The notes: generated by a model not told the origin, from the letters alone. A stretch of 63,490 nucleotides of DNA, filler included, from Collodictyon triciliatum (GCA_043381765.1; 6 parts of 6 records of this genome joined end to end with filler, not necessarily neighbours in it); one strand, 5' to 3'; counted from the whole stretch's first letter, positions 1 through 15,100 are shown. Translations and numbers: made by a program.

Positions 1-100
1 AAAGAAAAAAAGAAAAAAAGAAAAAAAGAAAAAAAGAAAAAAAGAAAAAAAGAAAAAAAGAAAAAAAGAAAAAAAGAAAAAAAGAAAAAAAGAAAAAGAA
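1..100. repeat. (GAAAAAAA)n simple repeat
   Basis: Directly visible. Confidence 0.95.
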
Positions 101-246
101 ATAAGACACAAGCTAATAATAAAAAAAATGTAAATTAATGGGATAAAATAGGATAAAGTAAAATATACCATTTTATGTAAGAAGAATAATCATAAGAATT
201 AAATTAAATTAAGCCAATGAGATAAAATAAAACAAAAAATTATAGA

Positions 247-1640
247 ATGCGTCGGTCACCGTCGCCGGCGTTCTCTGCATACCTCACGAATGCGACTCCG
301 TTCGGGTCATTTGCCCAGCGCAGTTCGTCACCCTCGCTGGCCAGCTCATTCGGGCCCAGCCACAGCTTTGCAGGCAGCCGGCCTTCGAATACTGCAGCCC
401 ACACATACGCACAAGCCTTGATGAGGCACAATGAAGCCACCCAAATGCGACTGCTCCGATCGAAAAAATACGTCGCTGGTTTGCAGGTTTGATGGAGGCG
501 GATTAAACATGCATATTATTTTCGCATGTTTGAGTTATAAACACGATAAGAGTTAATTGAATTATTTTGCTGGTTTGCTTCATCTGTGTGCTTAATGCAA
601 ATACAATCTATATTTTCTTTAGTCATATTTTCAATCCTGAATTTATTCTGTACCCAATATTATTTCTGGCTCGCTCTGCAATACAGGGTGTCCATATTGG
701 TACGGGAGGCCATACAGAGGCACAATTTCAGACAAGTCAGCCAGAGTATAACAATAAATCATCAAACATACAATATCCTATGACACCCAAACATCCTGTG
801 TAGTTATTGTATTTCTGGACAACCTCCCATGCGACGTTGATTTTAACAGAAACATTTCATAGCAACAGGATTTTTCTCACATTTATTCACCATCCACACC
901 ATTCACTATTTCCCACATATCCTCTTGGAGCCGACATATTTAGCCATGATCGTATTGTAATTTCTAAATTTGTGCGCCTTGTCATAGGAATATTGCATAT
1001 AAACAAATCATACACCCTCCCGCGGATGCTGACATTCACGGAGATATTCCCGTCCTTTCAGGGGTCATTCATACTTCAGAAGTGCCGATTCTAGAGGCTG
1101 CAGCTCAAATGGTTTATAATTGAAATATATGAACGACTTCCATTTTTCTCGTATTGTAGAACTAGCACATTCTTTTTCTTCTAATTTATTATGCTTTATC
1201 TATTGAATGCACGCGTAGTTTCACAAAGTCGGCACACGAGAATATTATTTATTGCAATGGTTATCTCCATATTTTTGAATACTTTTTCAGGATACAAAAC
1301 TACTCAACTTGAAACTACAACTCGAGTCGAGAAGAGCCTTAGCTGATGCTTGCGATAGAGAATTGAGAGAAAGTGAGATCATGGAAAAACTGGAGAATGA
1401 ATATCATGTATGTTCGATAGCCACACGAAATCCCATCAGATTCATGCATTCCTAATTCGAGGCGCCATTAATTCAATATTTCTTGGAAAAGAGATTTCAT
1501 GGTTTGTATCAAATTTGATAAGTCACATCTCAAATAGGAATGTAGCTGGTGCAACAAAATATTCACCAAACATGAGTCATTAAAACGTCATGTTGAGATG
1601 CATCATAATGAGATTGGGCGTAGAAAATCCCACCAGAGAC

Positions 1641-1675
<35 letters not shown>

Positions 1676-3694
1676 CCTTCGTCTTCATCATCGTCGACAA
1701 ATTCACCCTTGTTTCACACTGAGAGGGATTCTAGGAAAGAGCTGCGAGGGAGTAAATCCACTAAACTTGAGCAAGGTTTGTCACTGCTGTATAAGTTGAT
1801 AATTGGTTCATATATTATTAATTTTGGAATATGCATCTAAGCAGGAACCTCTCAGAATGCAAATACACATCATGAACTGCATATTATTTACATTTGATTT
1901 TAGTTTCCGGTCTAGTTCAAGCCGCAATTGATACCCATGTCAACCAAAAGATTACTCCTGCCTTAGAAAGACTTTTTGATGAATTGAAGACATTAAAGCA
2001 GTCTCGAACAAAAGCAACTGATTCACAGGTTCTATATATACTTCATCATTAATTACAAACATATATATTTCGGCCGATTTTTTCTATGATATGGTATCGA
2101 TATTGTGAAATCATGCACTTTTTTTTTTTAAAAAATTATTCAATGGTGTCCTCTCCACAAAATATATGCATACATGAAGTAAAATAAACTGAACTAAAAT
2201 CATGAAAAATCCTAAGCACCGACCTACTGCACCCGACGATCATGTTAACATCGAAACTAAACTTCGCATGGAAATGCTAGAGAGACAATTAAATGATGTA
2301 CATAATGTTCCCCAAATTAATACCTAAAATTTTATGCGTGATATTTAGATTAGGTCAATTTTGAAACAAAATTAATTCATTCGAAATCATATTCTTCTCT
2401 TTGTCACATTTAGATCCGATATCGTGAACAGCAAAAATCGCAACAAGAAATCAAGCAAGAGTTTAATTCTATTGTGGAAACATTAAAGTCTGAAGTACAG
2501 CTAATTAGTTCAAAAGTTCGATATGCGACGCCAGCAACACCTTCTAACTTAGCGCCTGCCTCTATTTGGCCTACTCACCCATCGAATAGCGCAATTGTTG
2601 GGGTTTTATACATATTCCTCACTTCCTATTTGTATCTCATCAATAGCCCTAAAATGATCACTTATCATTCAAGTAATTGGCTACTTTCCTTTCTTTAATG
2701 AACTTTATAGAGCCCTGGTTCGCAGTACGTTTTCCCTGTTAATTCGCAAGCATCTCCTGCTCGAGTCTGGACTAATGTACGAAAACTGTAACACTGGATA
2801 CTATCAGTTGATTTCAGTTGTTATTTTCCGTAATACATATAGAAATTTCAAATGAAGTATACATATTCAATTGTTAACAAGTTGGTGACACATCAGTAAA
2901 TCAACATAACTAAATCTAAGGCCGATGATAAAACCCGGACTTCAAAGAGTAAGAGGAGGCAATCATCCAAAAAGAAAAAAAAGAAGCTAATTTCAGCTCA
3001 ACTTTCATCAAATTCGACGTCAGACACTTCATCTAGCTCCTCTAGATTTTTTAGTGCTTCTAGTTCGTCTAGTTCGTCCAGTTCGTCCAGTTCATCAAGT
3101 TCATCCAGTTCTTCATCCTCATCCTCATCAGAACCTCCAGCAGGGGGTTTGACCTCTTCAAAATCAAGCAGTTTACCCCCTTCAAAAAAATTGCCGAAAC
3201 AGGACAGGAAAACTCCCCATGAAAAATATATCCCTATCAAGAAAGATAAGCATAGGGTCGCCGGAGAATTAAATACACAAAATATCGAAAAAAAATCAGA
3301 GGAAAGAAAGAAGAAATCGAAAGGGGGTAAATCAAAGACTAAAAAGGAGGCAGAAGCGGAAAATGATCCGTTTGGAAGCAAGAAGGATGAAAAACCTATT
3401 CAAACACCCAGTACTCATGGCGCTGATGGTATGATGGACCATGATCATTCGAGACCCCGCGTTAAATGGGCTCATAAATCCATGAATTCAAAGGAATATC
3501 AACGACGGGTAGAATCGCATCAGACTGAAGAATTTCCAATCACCACTGATGCGACAGGTTTTGTACCAGTCGATACTATTATTCGAAGATATAGTTTCTT
3601 GCTTAACTTATTTGTTCATTTATTTATCTGTATGTATGTATGTATGTATGTATGTATGTATGTATGTATGTATGTATGTATGTATGTATGTATG

Positions 3695-3725
<31 letters not shown>

Positions 3726-6700
3726 CAGGTATGTCAGTGATACGCAATCGATTTTTTAATTACCCTAGAAACGGAAGAGGCTGGACTCCAAATAAGTTTT
3801 GAGATATCCGATTTGACCAACAAGCAAGAAAATACCCAAGATACTATAATTTCCCCTCTAACGCAAAACATTTCCAAGGAAAATATTGATCAAAAGCAAA
3901 CTTCACTACCACATTCGAATATTCCTATCAAATTCGATGAAACATCAATTGCGGGTCTTACAAAATATCAAATGGTGTCTGTCGGTACAAGCTATTCCGA
4001 TGCATCGGAGGATCAACACGCATCGTCAAACTATGCGCTTGATGTCCTTCTGGTTTCTGATGAAAAAAAAGCACCTTTTGGGAGCGAAAAACATCACTTG
4101 GGTAGCCACCCAATTCTTAATGGCACAGGTGATATTTAGTTAACAAAGAAACAGAGAAACAAAACAAAACAAAACAAAACAAAACAAAACAAAACAAAAC
4201 AAAACAAAACAAAACAAAACAAAACAAAACAAAACAAAACAACAAAAGGAGAAAAGAAAAATTTTATTAAACCATTAAATCGAATCGCAATATCACAATT
4301 TGATATAGAAAACAAGTTCAAAATGTTCGCACATCTCCCTGTAGAGCGTTCAAAGTCCTATAGTAAATTGGCTATTCACAAAAGGTCACAGTTGTCACAT
4401 GATGACTATGGAAAAAAAGCTCTAGGTCAAATTTTTGTAAGTCTTTCTATTCTTTTTATTTTTAATATGGAATAATGTAGATCAATTTTGAAAAAAAAAG
4501 AGCAGGAAGAGGTCGATGAAGACTCATTATGAGATGTAGTGATACCAATACATTGAAATTAAATGAAAAACGGCATATAATATCGGAATAAAAAATTATC
4601 ATTTCTATGCAGAAAATTGGTGAAGACCTTGATGATGATGAAGTGCAAGATCCTCTAGATGGTTCCTTTTATTTATTAATATCTGATCAAGAATTAAAAT
4701 ATGGCTATGTGTTTCCAACAGATGATAAGATAGCTCCCCCCTTTTAAACAAAAAAACTTGATGTTCTGTTCATGCGAATACATACCTGAATTTTTAGACG
4801 GAATAAGCAGCACCATCGGTGATAGTGTCAAGTCGGATGACATTTTGTTTGATGATGCAAATGGAAGAAATCCCGTCACTAATATTAAAACAGAGTCACC
4901 AAACACCACTCCACATGTTGTAAGTACTGAAATTGGTTGGAATTTTTTCCCAGTTAATCATGATGTGACAGTTATTACCGAAAATTTTCTCCTCATTCGA
5001 GTCAAAGGTAACTGCAGGATTGTATTCAATTTTTATATATACAAAGAAGGCCCCTCCTGACTACTTAGGTGACGTCCCACCTGTCCTCAGAGATTTGGCA
5101 AGCTCTTCATTGCTCTATAAAAAAGGTATATTGATGATTTTTTTGTAACCATTTTAAGTGAAAAAAAAAGGAAGGAAATAATACATATGTTATTTTATTT
5201 ATCTAAATATGTACATAAATGTAAATCAAAATTTTTAAAAAAAACAGAAATAATGATTAATGTCACAATACTTATTTTCCGATTCATCATATAAGAGCCA
5301 TTCGTCATTCAAGATCACTGTTTATCCACGCAGATTCCTCTCCGCAACTCTTCAAAAAAGAAAAGGATATCGCTTCATCCAAAAAATTCTTCGATGACTC
5401 TGCCAAAGTCGGAGGAAAAGATGCTAGAGGGAGTAAGCATACTATGCCAAAATCTCGAAAACATATGCACAGCAGTGATACTCTCCCCTTGCAACCCAAG
5501 TTTGAGCACGAATTTTATGAATCAAAAAAGACGCCCAAGGGTAAAGGTACTCCTTTTTTTGAATCAGACGTCAATAATTACACTCCATCTGGACAAAAAT
5601 CGAGGCAACCTCCAGCTGTGCGCTCAGGCTCGGCTTATACTGAGATGCCCGACAAAGTGAAGAAAATTCACCAAGACAAAGAGCTATCTCGAATGAGAAT
5701 GTTAAAAAAGAGCGATTCACATGTGGGTGACACCATTCGAACACCCGTTCCAATGGACTCAACGCGTGGTGCTGCAGCCTATAAAATAGACCGAGACTTG
5801 ATGTTTCACAATGTCCAAGGGTTTCCTGATTCTGACGAAAACGACAGCTTTTTTGGTCCCAGCGAAGAGGGTCAGAACCGTTACGCGAGTATCACACACG
5901 GGCCCCCGGAGAATGCCACTACCATATCAGAAAGGGAGCATCTATTCAAGCTTCATGCAAAGGATAGGTACTACAGACAAAGGAGAAGCCCAGAGTCAAA
6001 TGGACATTACCATGGAGTGTCAAGCAGGGCCATGAGCAGGAGTAGAATTGAAGATGAAATCAGATTACTTCGTCAACTGGAGAAAGAAAGAATCAAGTTT
6101 GACCAAAGAGCAGCTGAAAGACGAGCAGAGATTACGGAGCGAAAAATGCAGGAAGAAATTGCATTTCGTATCGAACAAGAAATGAAAAAAAGGACGCAAG
6201 AGGAGGAACAATTCAGAAAGGAGAGGGAAATTGAAAGAGACCGGCTCTTGCAATTAGAAAGGAAGCTCCTGGAGAGAGAAGAGTCTCTCAAAGCTCAGAC
6301 TAATAGAAACCAGCAACTGGCTGCCGAAGACACTTATGGAGATACAGTGCCCATCTCTGACCACGAAAGGCGTGTCCAGGAGATGGTTAAAAGGCTTGAA
6401 GAGGAGAAATCTGAATTGGAGAAGCAGAAAAAACTCGAGGAGGAGTTAATGGAGAGACAAAAGAAAAAAAAGCTCTCAAAGTCAAAGCCCGCTGAAAAGG
6501 CTGTTAACGTCAATGCTGGTGCGAAGCAACCAAGCAGTGTGAAAAAAACATCTGCGGGTGAACCGTTGCCTAAGGCTGATGACCCAATAACGGGTCCTCA
6601 AACTGGCATTCTCCCCAATCCGGCTATTACTTTGAATAAAACTGAGGCACAGTCTACTGCAGACACGCAGAGCTCTGTGCATTCGAACAAAAAATCGAAT

Positions 6701-9700
6701 GCTCCAAATGTCGCACCACCCCAAGCTTCACTTCATATTCCGTCACGTGCAAATACTTTTGGGAAGCCTCAAGAGAGTCGTTTTGATACTTTGAACCATA
6801 CCAAATCACTACCTGCTATTACAACATCGCACAGTGTCGAAAATTCTGTACGGCCTTTAATCCTTACATTTTCATTTATCTGTATGAAATATTCAGTTCA
6901 TCTCTTGAATGAGATTTTATTTAAGCCTTTCACACTTATTATCTACTTGGAGTTTACTCTAATGGATTCTTAAACCTTATAATATTTTCATACGTACACG
7001 TTTGTATATCTTTGTACTCATTGTCTACCCTTAGAGTCTTCTTTGTCGTCTTTGTTATATATTTATTTTCTACTAACATCAATTGCTACAGGATGATGAA
7101 TTCGACACGCTTCCAAATGGTCCAGCCGAAATATCTGGAAAAGTAAACGTCACAGAGACCCAGCCCTCACCTGCTGCGCCTGTATCAAGACTCCTATCTG
7201 GTCCAAGGTTTTGCCTGATTCAATCAAATGTAAAAAGTACTCGTAATTTAATATAAATAAATAAACCTAATATTTTCTTTGTGCACTCATTACTTTTCCT
7301 TACAAAATATAAAGTCATAGCGTACCATCAATGATGACGAATTCAACTACTAAAAAGGAACAATCAGGTTTTTGGAACATTTTACTGGATGTTCCGGAAA
7401 TTTATTTTCATAGCAACGTTTGAGTTATTAACTTGTGATTTCATCGGGGCGAGTATTTCGTGCTTTTTGCATTCAAAAATAAAAGTTCAACAATCACCTA
7501 TAAACCTATATATATATATATTTACATTTACGTTTATGGCAGGAAAACGGAATATCCCATCAGTTTTGAGTGCTCTCAAGGGGTTCAACACAGAGCTGGA
7601 TGAAGATGATACTGAAGACGAACAAGAAAGTGTAGTAGGACCTCTTAATTGATTGGACACATACGCGATTGTTATCTCTATGTTATTAGCCGATCAATTT
7701 TTTTTAAATTAATAGTCTATGAATGCTTTTTGACCTACCTCGAACATTATTTTTTTTTTATTGCTTATCTTTGAATAAGATTTCAGTTACTAAAAACAGC
7801 GTCTTAATTTATTATTTTTTGAACATGTAGCCTATAACGATATATAGCAAACCAATCCCTCAAAACATGTCCCAGCCAAAATCTACCATCAACCAAACTT
7901 TGTCAAAACCCGATTCATCAAAAATACACACACCTCTTAAGATGGTACTAGATATATATGTTATTCTTGCCATAGTCTCTCTTTTCAGTTTCTTTACCTC
8001 CTTGTTTTATTGTTGCACGACAATTCTCTTAATTTTCCCTTTCATTCTCCATTAGTTCCAATACACATAGCAAATTATAGCTCTACTGATAGAGTCAGGA
8101 ATTATTTTTTTTATTACATCAACACCTTCTTTATCACTTATTACGATTTTCTCAATAAATGGAGCAGGGACAAACCGAAGAAAAGAAGGAGGCTAATATC
8201 GGGCCATCAAGGAAACCTTTATTTGGAAAGCAGCTGCACATTCAAACGAGTAACTTTGATGACATAGATGAATTTGAATCCTCTGAAGATGAGAGAGTCC
8301 ACCAATACACGTCTCCAATCGTAAACCCGAGTAACACACCAAAGGGATATCAAGATGGCATTATGAAAAGAACATCATCTTCGATTGTACCAGCCAACAA
8401 ACCTTCTATAGACTTTGCCTCTCGGTTGGGCATAACAACACCAAAAGCGGTGACAAAAGTAGAGTCCTCCGATGACGAATTTGGAGACGATGATACTGAT
8501 AGAGATAATGGCGGTGTCAAAGCGAATAGCAGAGTCGCTCCAAATCAAAGTCAAAAACCACAAACAGAGAGTATCCCAAGTGTTTTCCAATCCTCGATTC
8601 CAATACACGATACCATCAATCAGAACTCAAGCACTTCTTACATCTCCTCTGCTGATAAAACAAAGCGTGGAAAAGAAGACGCCCAGATGGAAATGACTCA
8701 TGTGCGCTCAATATCTTCATCTTCATCTTCATCTTCGTCATCCTCGTCGAGTGAGAGAAAGCCGCCACCACCAAAGCCAAACCGTGGTTTGATTGAGTCT
8801 GCACCAGCCACGATGTACCCTTCAGACGACTCAGACAGCGATTCCGGTGATGAATCAGAGAGGACGGACAGAAGCAAGCTATCAGAAGCTCGATCTGAAA
8901 TCAGGAAAAAGGGCCCCAAACATTCTTCGCGTGAGAGCGGGCACAAGGGCAGTTCGAACCAAGGAGATAAATATGTAGACACTGAATTAAAGACGTCAAG
9001 GCCAGTGGATGATAACACCACGATGAAAGACTCTGCTGCGTCAAGGGTAGATGCAGAGAGACGCCAAAGTATCGAAAAAATCACTGCACCCATCCCATCT
9101 GACCGACAACAGCCGGCAACCACAGCATCGTCGGTCAGCGGGAATACACAGGCTACAGAGACTCCAGAAAGCAAGAAATCAAAGCCTGGGTTTTTTGGAC
9201 TATTTGGGAAGCATAAAGTATCCTGAACGAATTTTATTTACTTACTTCATACATTGATTTTATATATCCTAAACTAGCTTTTGATTCATTCGACTGATTT
9301 AACCATTCTGTGCCTTTATATATATATTTTATTTCATTTGACTAACTGAAATCATGCCTTTCATTAAAGCAGGGAGACATGTCCAAAAATTATCCATCGA
9401 AAGAAATACATGAGCCCCCGAAAAAGATTGAGCAACGGGCAAATCATCCAGAATTGTCTGGTGTGATGGATAAAGAAGGTCTGCGCCTCGTCCAAATATA
9501 TAAGATGAAGGGATAACATCTGAACAGCCAAAATATTAAGATTTATTATAGACTCAATTTGCCTACTTCCCTTATCGCCCATATCGACCTCCAAAAATTT
9601 TATAATTTAACATTTTTCGATGAAAAATTTAGACGATAAGAAAAGCAAGAAAGGATTTTCTTTCTTTCGCAAAGGAGGAAAGGGTAAGTTCTTGTGTTTT

Positions 9701-10193
9701 TAACTCATCATAGGCTTACAAACCACCTTTGAAAAGGAATTTATTTGTAATTTATCTTTGTTTTTAGAATGGAAGTTCATCGTCTTTATCTCTCCTTTGT
9801 CATCTCTGTATGGCATGTACTATAATCTCTCGTTTTTTTTTTTTTCACCTTGGACGAAAAAGAACTAAAAGAAATTTAAAAATTATATGCCTATCTGTAG
9901 ATGAACCGAAAGCGTCGAATTCAAAACCTCAGACTAATCGATTCCATGATGACCCAAGCAAGAAAGATGATGTTCAAAACACGTCTACAGCATTGTCTGC
10001 AAGTGCGGCTGGGTACGAAATCGAAAAACTGGACGATATTTCTGGGAATGACTCGGCAGCGACGGGCAATCTACCAGTTTCGAACGCTGCCGCTCCCAAT
10101 TCGAGAAAAACGGATGCGATAAAAGTCCCTCCAGAGCCATCACACACTGGGTTTGTAATTATAAATGATAAATCAATCAGTCAATCAATCAAC

Positions 10194-10273
<80 letters not shown>

Positions 10274-11824
10274 GAATCAATAAACCAATAAATCAAAAAG
10301 TAAATGAATGAACTGATATGATACTAATTGAGAGATGATACCGACAAACTTTTCCAAGTTAAGCATTTCTATCCCACTTATATTATAAATGATTTAGAAA
10401 AAATGGAAGTAAAACCTAAAAATTTGTAAATAGCATACGGCGTCGAAAATTGGAAGACGGCACGTCAACAGTCCCCAATAGCATAGTAATTTTCACACAT
10501 ATTAATATAGCATTTTTATTTGTAAGCAAGGCCCGAATCATTTAATCATCGCTATCGCCATATATGATTTTCAAATTTCTCTTGCCATGTGTTTCAGTTT
10601 CTTTTAAAAAGGTGATTCGATATTTATTTTAAAGTACACCCTAATAAACTATAGCGCTTGAAGGCCCTTAAGGCGTTTACAATGAGAGTTGAAAAGCTCC
10701 TCAGGGAAGCAGATGGAAACGTTTCCAAATTCTACTCTGGTTCACAAGTCCCCCTCCCGCAAGCAGTTATGGAAAGGTAGAATAATTCTATTTTATGATG
10801 GTCTTCTTGTGCTGCGTAGTTTTGAGATATCATGACTCATTTTCATCATTTTTATTTGTTAGCTCTTTTTGGCAAACTTGTTCTGTAAATACATAAATAC
10901 GCGTCCTTCTGACCAGTTCTGATGTGTAATGCCACTTCATTTGCATGGGCTGATATGATTAATACTTATTTTCTAGCATTTCGTCTGGGTCGATAAAATC
11001 TGTTGAGGATGTATCGAATTTCGACGTCAATATCTCGTGCGCAGCGGTCTGCTACATTTTGAAGCTCTCACATGGTTGGTTTAAAGAAACTTTCAATATC
11101 AAATTATAAATAGCTTTGGAATCCTTTTCAAATATATATATATATATATATATACTAAGACATAACTTCTAATTACTTTTTTTTTTTTTTCATGTTGCAC
11201 TACCCAGATTTATTTACAGACAATTTTTACAACCAAATGGAAATAAGAGATGTAACTTCGTTCCAGGAGGATGAAATTGTCGATTTAATTTCAACCCAAT
11301 GCTGTGGTGTGTAGTTTGTCGAATTAATTTACAGATGATAATACGTCAGTCGATAGTAATCACAAACGAGTATACCCTCTGCTAATATGTTTGCTGATAT
11401 CTCGTAAAAACAGACATTTGGAACTGGATTATAGCCCATTGTGTTCGTTTAAAATTAAATGAAGCCTTAAATGACGCAAATATCGGGAAGATATTTGATT
11501 GTGATGTACAAAAGGACTTTAAGGTGCGTGTGGCATTATTCTTCATTGACTCACATATCCTTTTCAACGTGCTTGCAATTTCTTTTATGTAATAATAATT
11601 ATTATGTTGATACTGGCTATGATGTTAATTGAGGTAATTATATGAAATGTGCATCAATATCCGGCCATATATACACATTTCTCGAATATATGAAGCATCG
11701 CTTTTACGGACATATTTACAAACAGCCTGGGTTTATTAACCTTATCGATTTTATTCTCTTTTTTATGACACTTTTACAGATGATTGCACTGGTTCAACAT
11801 ATTGTCCAGAAACGATTGGAATGA
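247..11824 (+). CDS. Large multi-exon, low-complexity/coiled-coil protein with a C-terminal divergent RhoGAP-like domain (may be more than one gene)
   Basis: Successive + strand exons with GT-AG borders, the largest being ORFs 3149-, 5444- and 8159-. Terminal exons (10433-11824) join in frame to ...RLKALKAFTMRVEKLL...SKFYSGS...NFDVNISCAAVCYILKLSHDLFTDNFYNQM...WIIAHCVRLKLNEALNDANIGKIF...MIALVQHIVQKRLE*, which follows the RhoGAP helix pattern (DV..A..LK, LFT..Y, HL..V, N.A.IF). Not every internal junction was verified. Confidence 0.55.
3630..3723. repeat. (GTAT)n intronic microsatellite
   Basis: Directly visible; lies within predicted intron 3558-3768. Confidence 0.95.
4157..4243. repeat. (AAAAC)n intronic microsatellite
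   Basis: Directly visible. Confidence 0.95.
10171..10281. repeat. (TCAA)n intronic microsatellite
   Basis: Directly visible. Confidence 0.9.
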
Positions 11825-12179
11825 TGACGAGAAATTAGAATGAATCTACACGTGTTTAATGAGTCGAAACATAAACTCTTTAGTTCCTTTTCCCCTTTCC
11901 CTTTCCTTGTTCATTTTTATGTCATTGAACGACACACTCGTTTATACCTCGATGAACCATAAAACAGTGTCTAATTATCATTATTTTTTTAAAAGAAAAG
12001 AAAATACAATGAAAATGATGGTCTTTTCTTCCTTTTCCTCTTTGGTTTTATTTTTCTTTAAAAAAAAATAGGTATAGTATCCTCTAGAGCAATCATGACC
12101 ACACGATGCAATGGCATTATTGCTTGGGAAATAAAACAAAGAGAGAGGATGAAAGAGATGTCTTTTTCGTCTCATGGCT

Positions 12180-15100
12180 TTACGATACTCCATACATCTC
12201 GACTCCGGATCTGTGCTCCTTCTTCGGCCTTGATTTTCGGCGGTGGCGGATTAGTAAGCAGGAAAGCGCAGCAATGAATAATCCGCCGCCGGTGGCCGGT
12301 GCGAACCATACGTGTTTCTCTTGTGTATCCTGTATGAAAATAAAAGCCAGAATATCGTAGCTGTAAGAGACTATGACTTGAGGAACATACAGTTTTTTTT
12401 TATTAAGGTCGTGTATGACTTTTCCTGTTATCTATTTACTTTGATATTAATATTTGATGAAATTTTGTAAAGCCCCGAATTCTACTACGATTTCAAAATT
12501 TAATGACACAGAAGAGACAAAATAGCGAGGATACCTCGAGATGGTAATTAAATAAATAAAGGAAAATACAAAATGGAGAAAAGCAAGGAAAGATCACGTT
12601 AAAAAAAAAAGAAATGTTTTGAAAATTGTGTTATGCAAAGTGTGTTCATTCGCGTGTCTGTCCGCACAAAAATATTACCGAGAGCCACTTTCCAACGTCT
12701 TTGAAAAACTTCGCAGCAGAATTAACACCTCCAGAACCAGAATCATCCGAACTAGAATCTTTGGACACAGAAACATTCTCAATATATGCAGTTCGGCCCT
12801 GATTTTGTGTGCATAAATATCGAGGTCAAATTAGCGTAATCACGAACGATTATATAATACTGGTAAACTATATTACTGCATTATTTTTTTTGTATGATTA
12901 TTGTAGAGTATTCAGCAAATAAAGTAAAATAAAAAAAGCCAGGGTTCCACAATATTACTGTGATGTATGTGAGCGAATGGGTTCTATATAAATGCATGAA
13001 TACATATATACAAGGAAAGAAAAGACGAAAGGTGACATATATATACTAGCAAATAGTAAAGAATGGGAGTTAAAATGTCTTATGCATTAGTAATTCATTC
13101 TTCCTTCCTTTCTTTTTTTTTTTTTTTTAGAAAAAAAGAAAAAAGTGAAAGTTACCGATGTATCAGTCAAGACTATTGTTGTGGTGGAACCAAGACCAGA
13201 AGATGGACTTTTCGGAATTACAAAACTGGCTTCAGAGTCACTTGTTGTCGAGAAATCTACTGTCTGACCGCACCACATAGAGATGGTGGAAAGCTTGAAA
13301 AAGTTTGAGCCTGTAGAGACAAAATAAGAAGCTGTGAGTATCCCGTCGAGTGGGTCGCCCACGGCACAATACCTCGGATGGTCACAGTAGAACCCACAAA
13401 TATGGAGCCGCTTGATGGTTCGATGGAGTCCACTTGAGGCCATGTTGTGTCCTGTGAATAGATGTGCAAACCGGGTCAATCAAAGGCCGGCAATAACAGG
13501 TTTCATTCCATCACATGATGAGTATGATTATGAGTATTGTTATCGGTATCTATTTATTTAATATGAACACATGCAAGGTAAAATACTTTTATGTGTATCC
13601 ATATCACGAGCAGATTGTTATTCGTGTCAAGAATTTCAAATTGCAGATCAAAAGAGAAGAAAGAAGGCAAAACAAAAATAATTCTGAAAATCGTATATAA
13701 TAGGGAGATAGGTAAATAAAATAATCATAATAACAGAGAAATGAAAACATACAACTGGAGCGCCGTCGCATATAGGCTCATCGGGACAAAGGAATCTACC
13801 CTCGAAACAGAGTCCTTCTACAACATCTTTGTTAAAACCAGAGAGATTTGTGCAATCATGGTACACCTATAATTGATGAGTAATCGTAATTGGTATAAAA
13901 ACAAAAATAAATAGATCAATAAATAAACTAGATCAAGAATAAATTAGCGGTGATATTTTCACATCTTAAGAATGAATGCACCTGAATTCAATAATCTACA
14001 AGGGAAAATATGAATTTTTAAACAATGCACTTTTTTTTTTAAGGATAATAAAAATTGAGTCACCACAGCAGAATTACCCCTGCAACTTTAACATGGACAC
14101 TATTTGGGCCTTTGCAAGCAGTTTGGTAACAGGCACCTGTTTCGCCAACAGGGCTTATTCCTGTACGCAAGACAGTTCGTAGAGTGCATCTAGAGCCTTG
14201 GCCGTATGATTCACCCAGATAAGTGATTCCGTCATTCACTGAACTGCATGTCTGAGGGTCGAATGCATCGAATAAAGACAATAAAATGGTTTACAGAAAC
14301 AAAAGTGAAGACTTTTTGAAATATTGGTACTAATATATATGTATATATATTAATAATCTCGCGTGTTCATTCATGGTAAAAAAATGGGTATTTAGTTATT
14401 TTCTTTCAAAAAAAAAAGGCGTACATCTGCATACTCGCAGGAACAAGTAGAAGTCCACATAGGGCAATTATCCGCAAAACTGTCATATCCTAAAAGTAAC
14501 AATAATTTTAATAATAATTACAATAATGGTGATAAAAATAATATATATAGTCAACATAAAATATTCTTCGTTCTGTAGTTGAGGATTAAGCTCAGCAGAA
14601 AGACTATAATTTAAAAGAACCAAACGTAACACAACATGGACAGAAAAAAAAGAAGGAAAAAGTATTTTGATGAATAGTAGATAAAGATGAGAGTAAAAAC
14701 AAAAAAAAAAAAGAAGCAGAAAAGAACCTCCGTATGTCGGATCCGGTCCTATGCGGTACTGTGAAGGAACATTGTAAGAGAGTTTGGAAAGAGAACACTG
14801 CGCCTTTTGCCTCTTATCGATAAAGCAGCTATTACCCGAGCCCGTACAACGATAATTATTGGGCCAAAGCGTCCCCCACTCATCGCAGCGACTCTGGACG
14901 AAGTTACAGCCTTGGCCTTGACCAAAGACAAAATCCGTGTCTGCAAAAGTCGGATTTGGGGAGTACCACAGAGTATCTGTAAGCATGGCCACAGTGAAGG
15001 AGGATACAACGGGGTGCTTTGAGAGCGTGGATGACATGATTTCATTTGGAAAGAGGCGCTTCTCCCAGTGAGAGCCGGCCGAGCCGGAACCTCCACTGTC

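Noticed and set aside
1590-1799. Poly-His ORF
   Set aside because: It is an alternative frame of a (TCA)n tract; the poly-Ser frame fits the Ser-rich host gene better.
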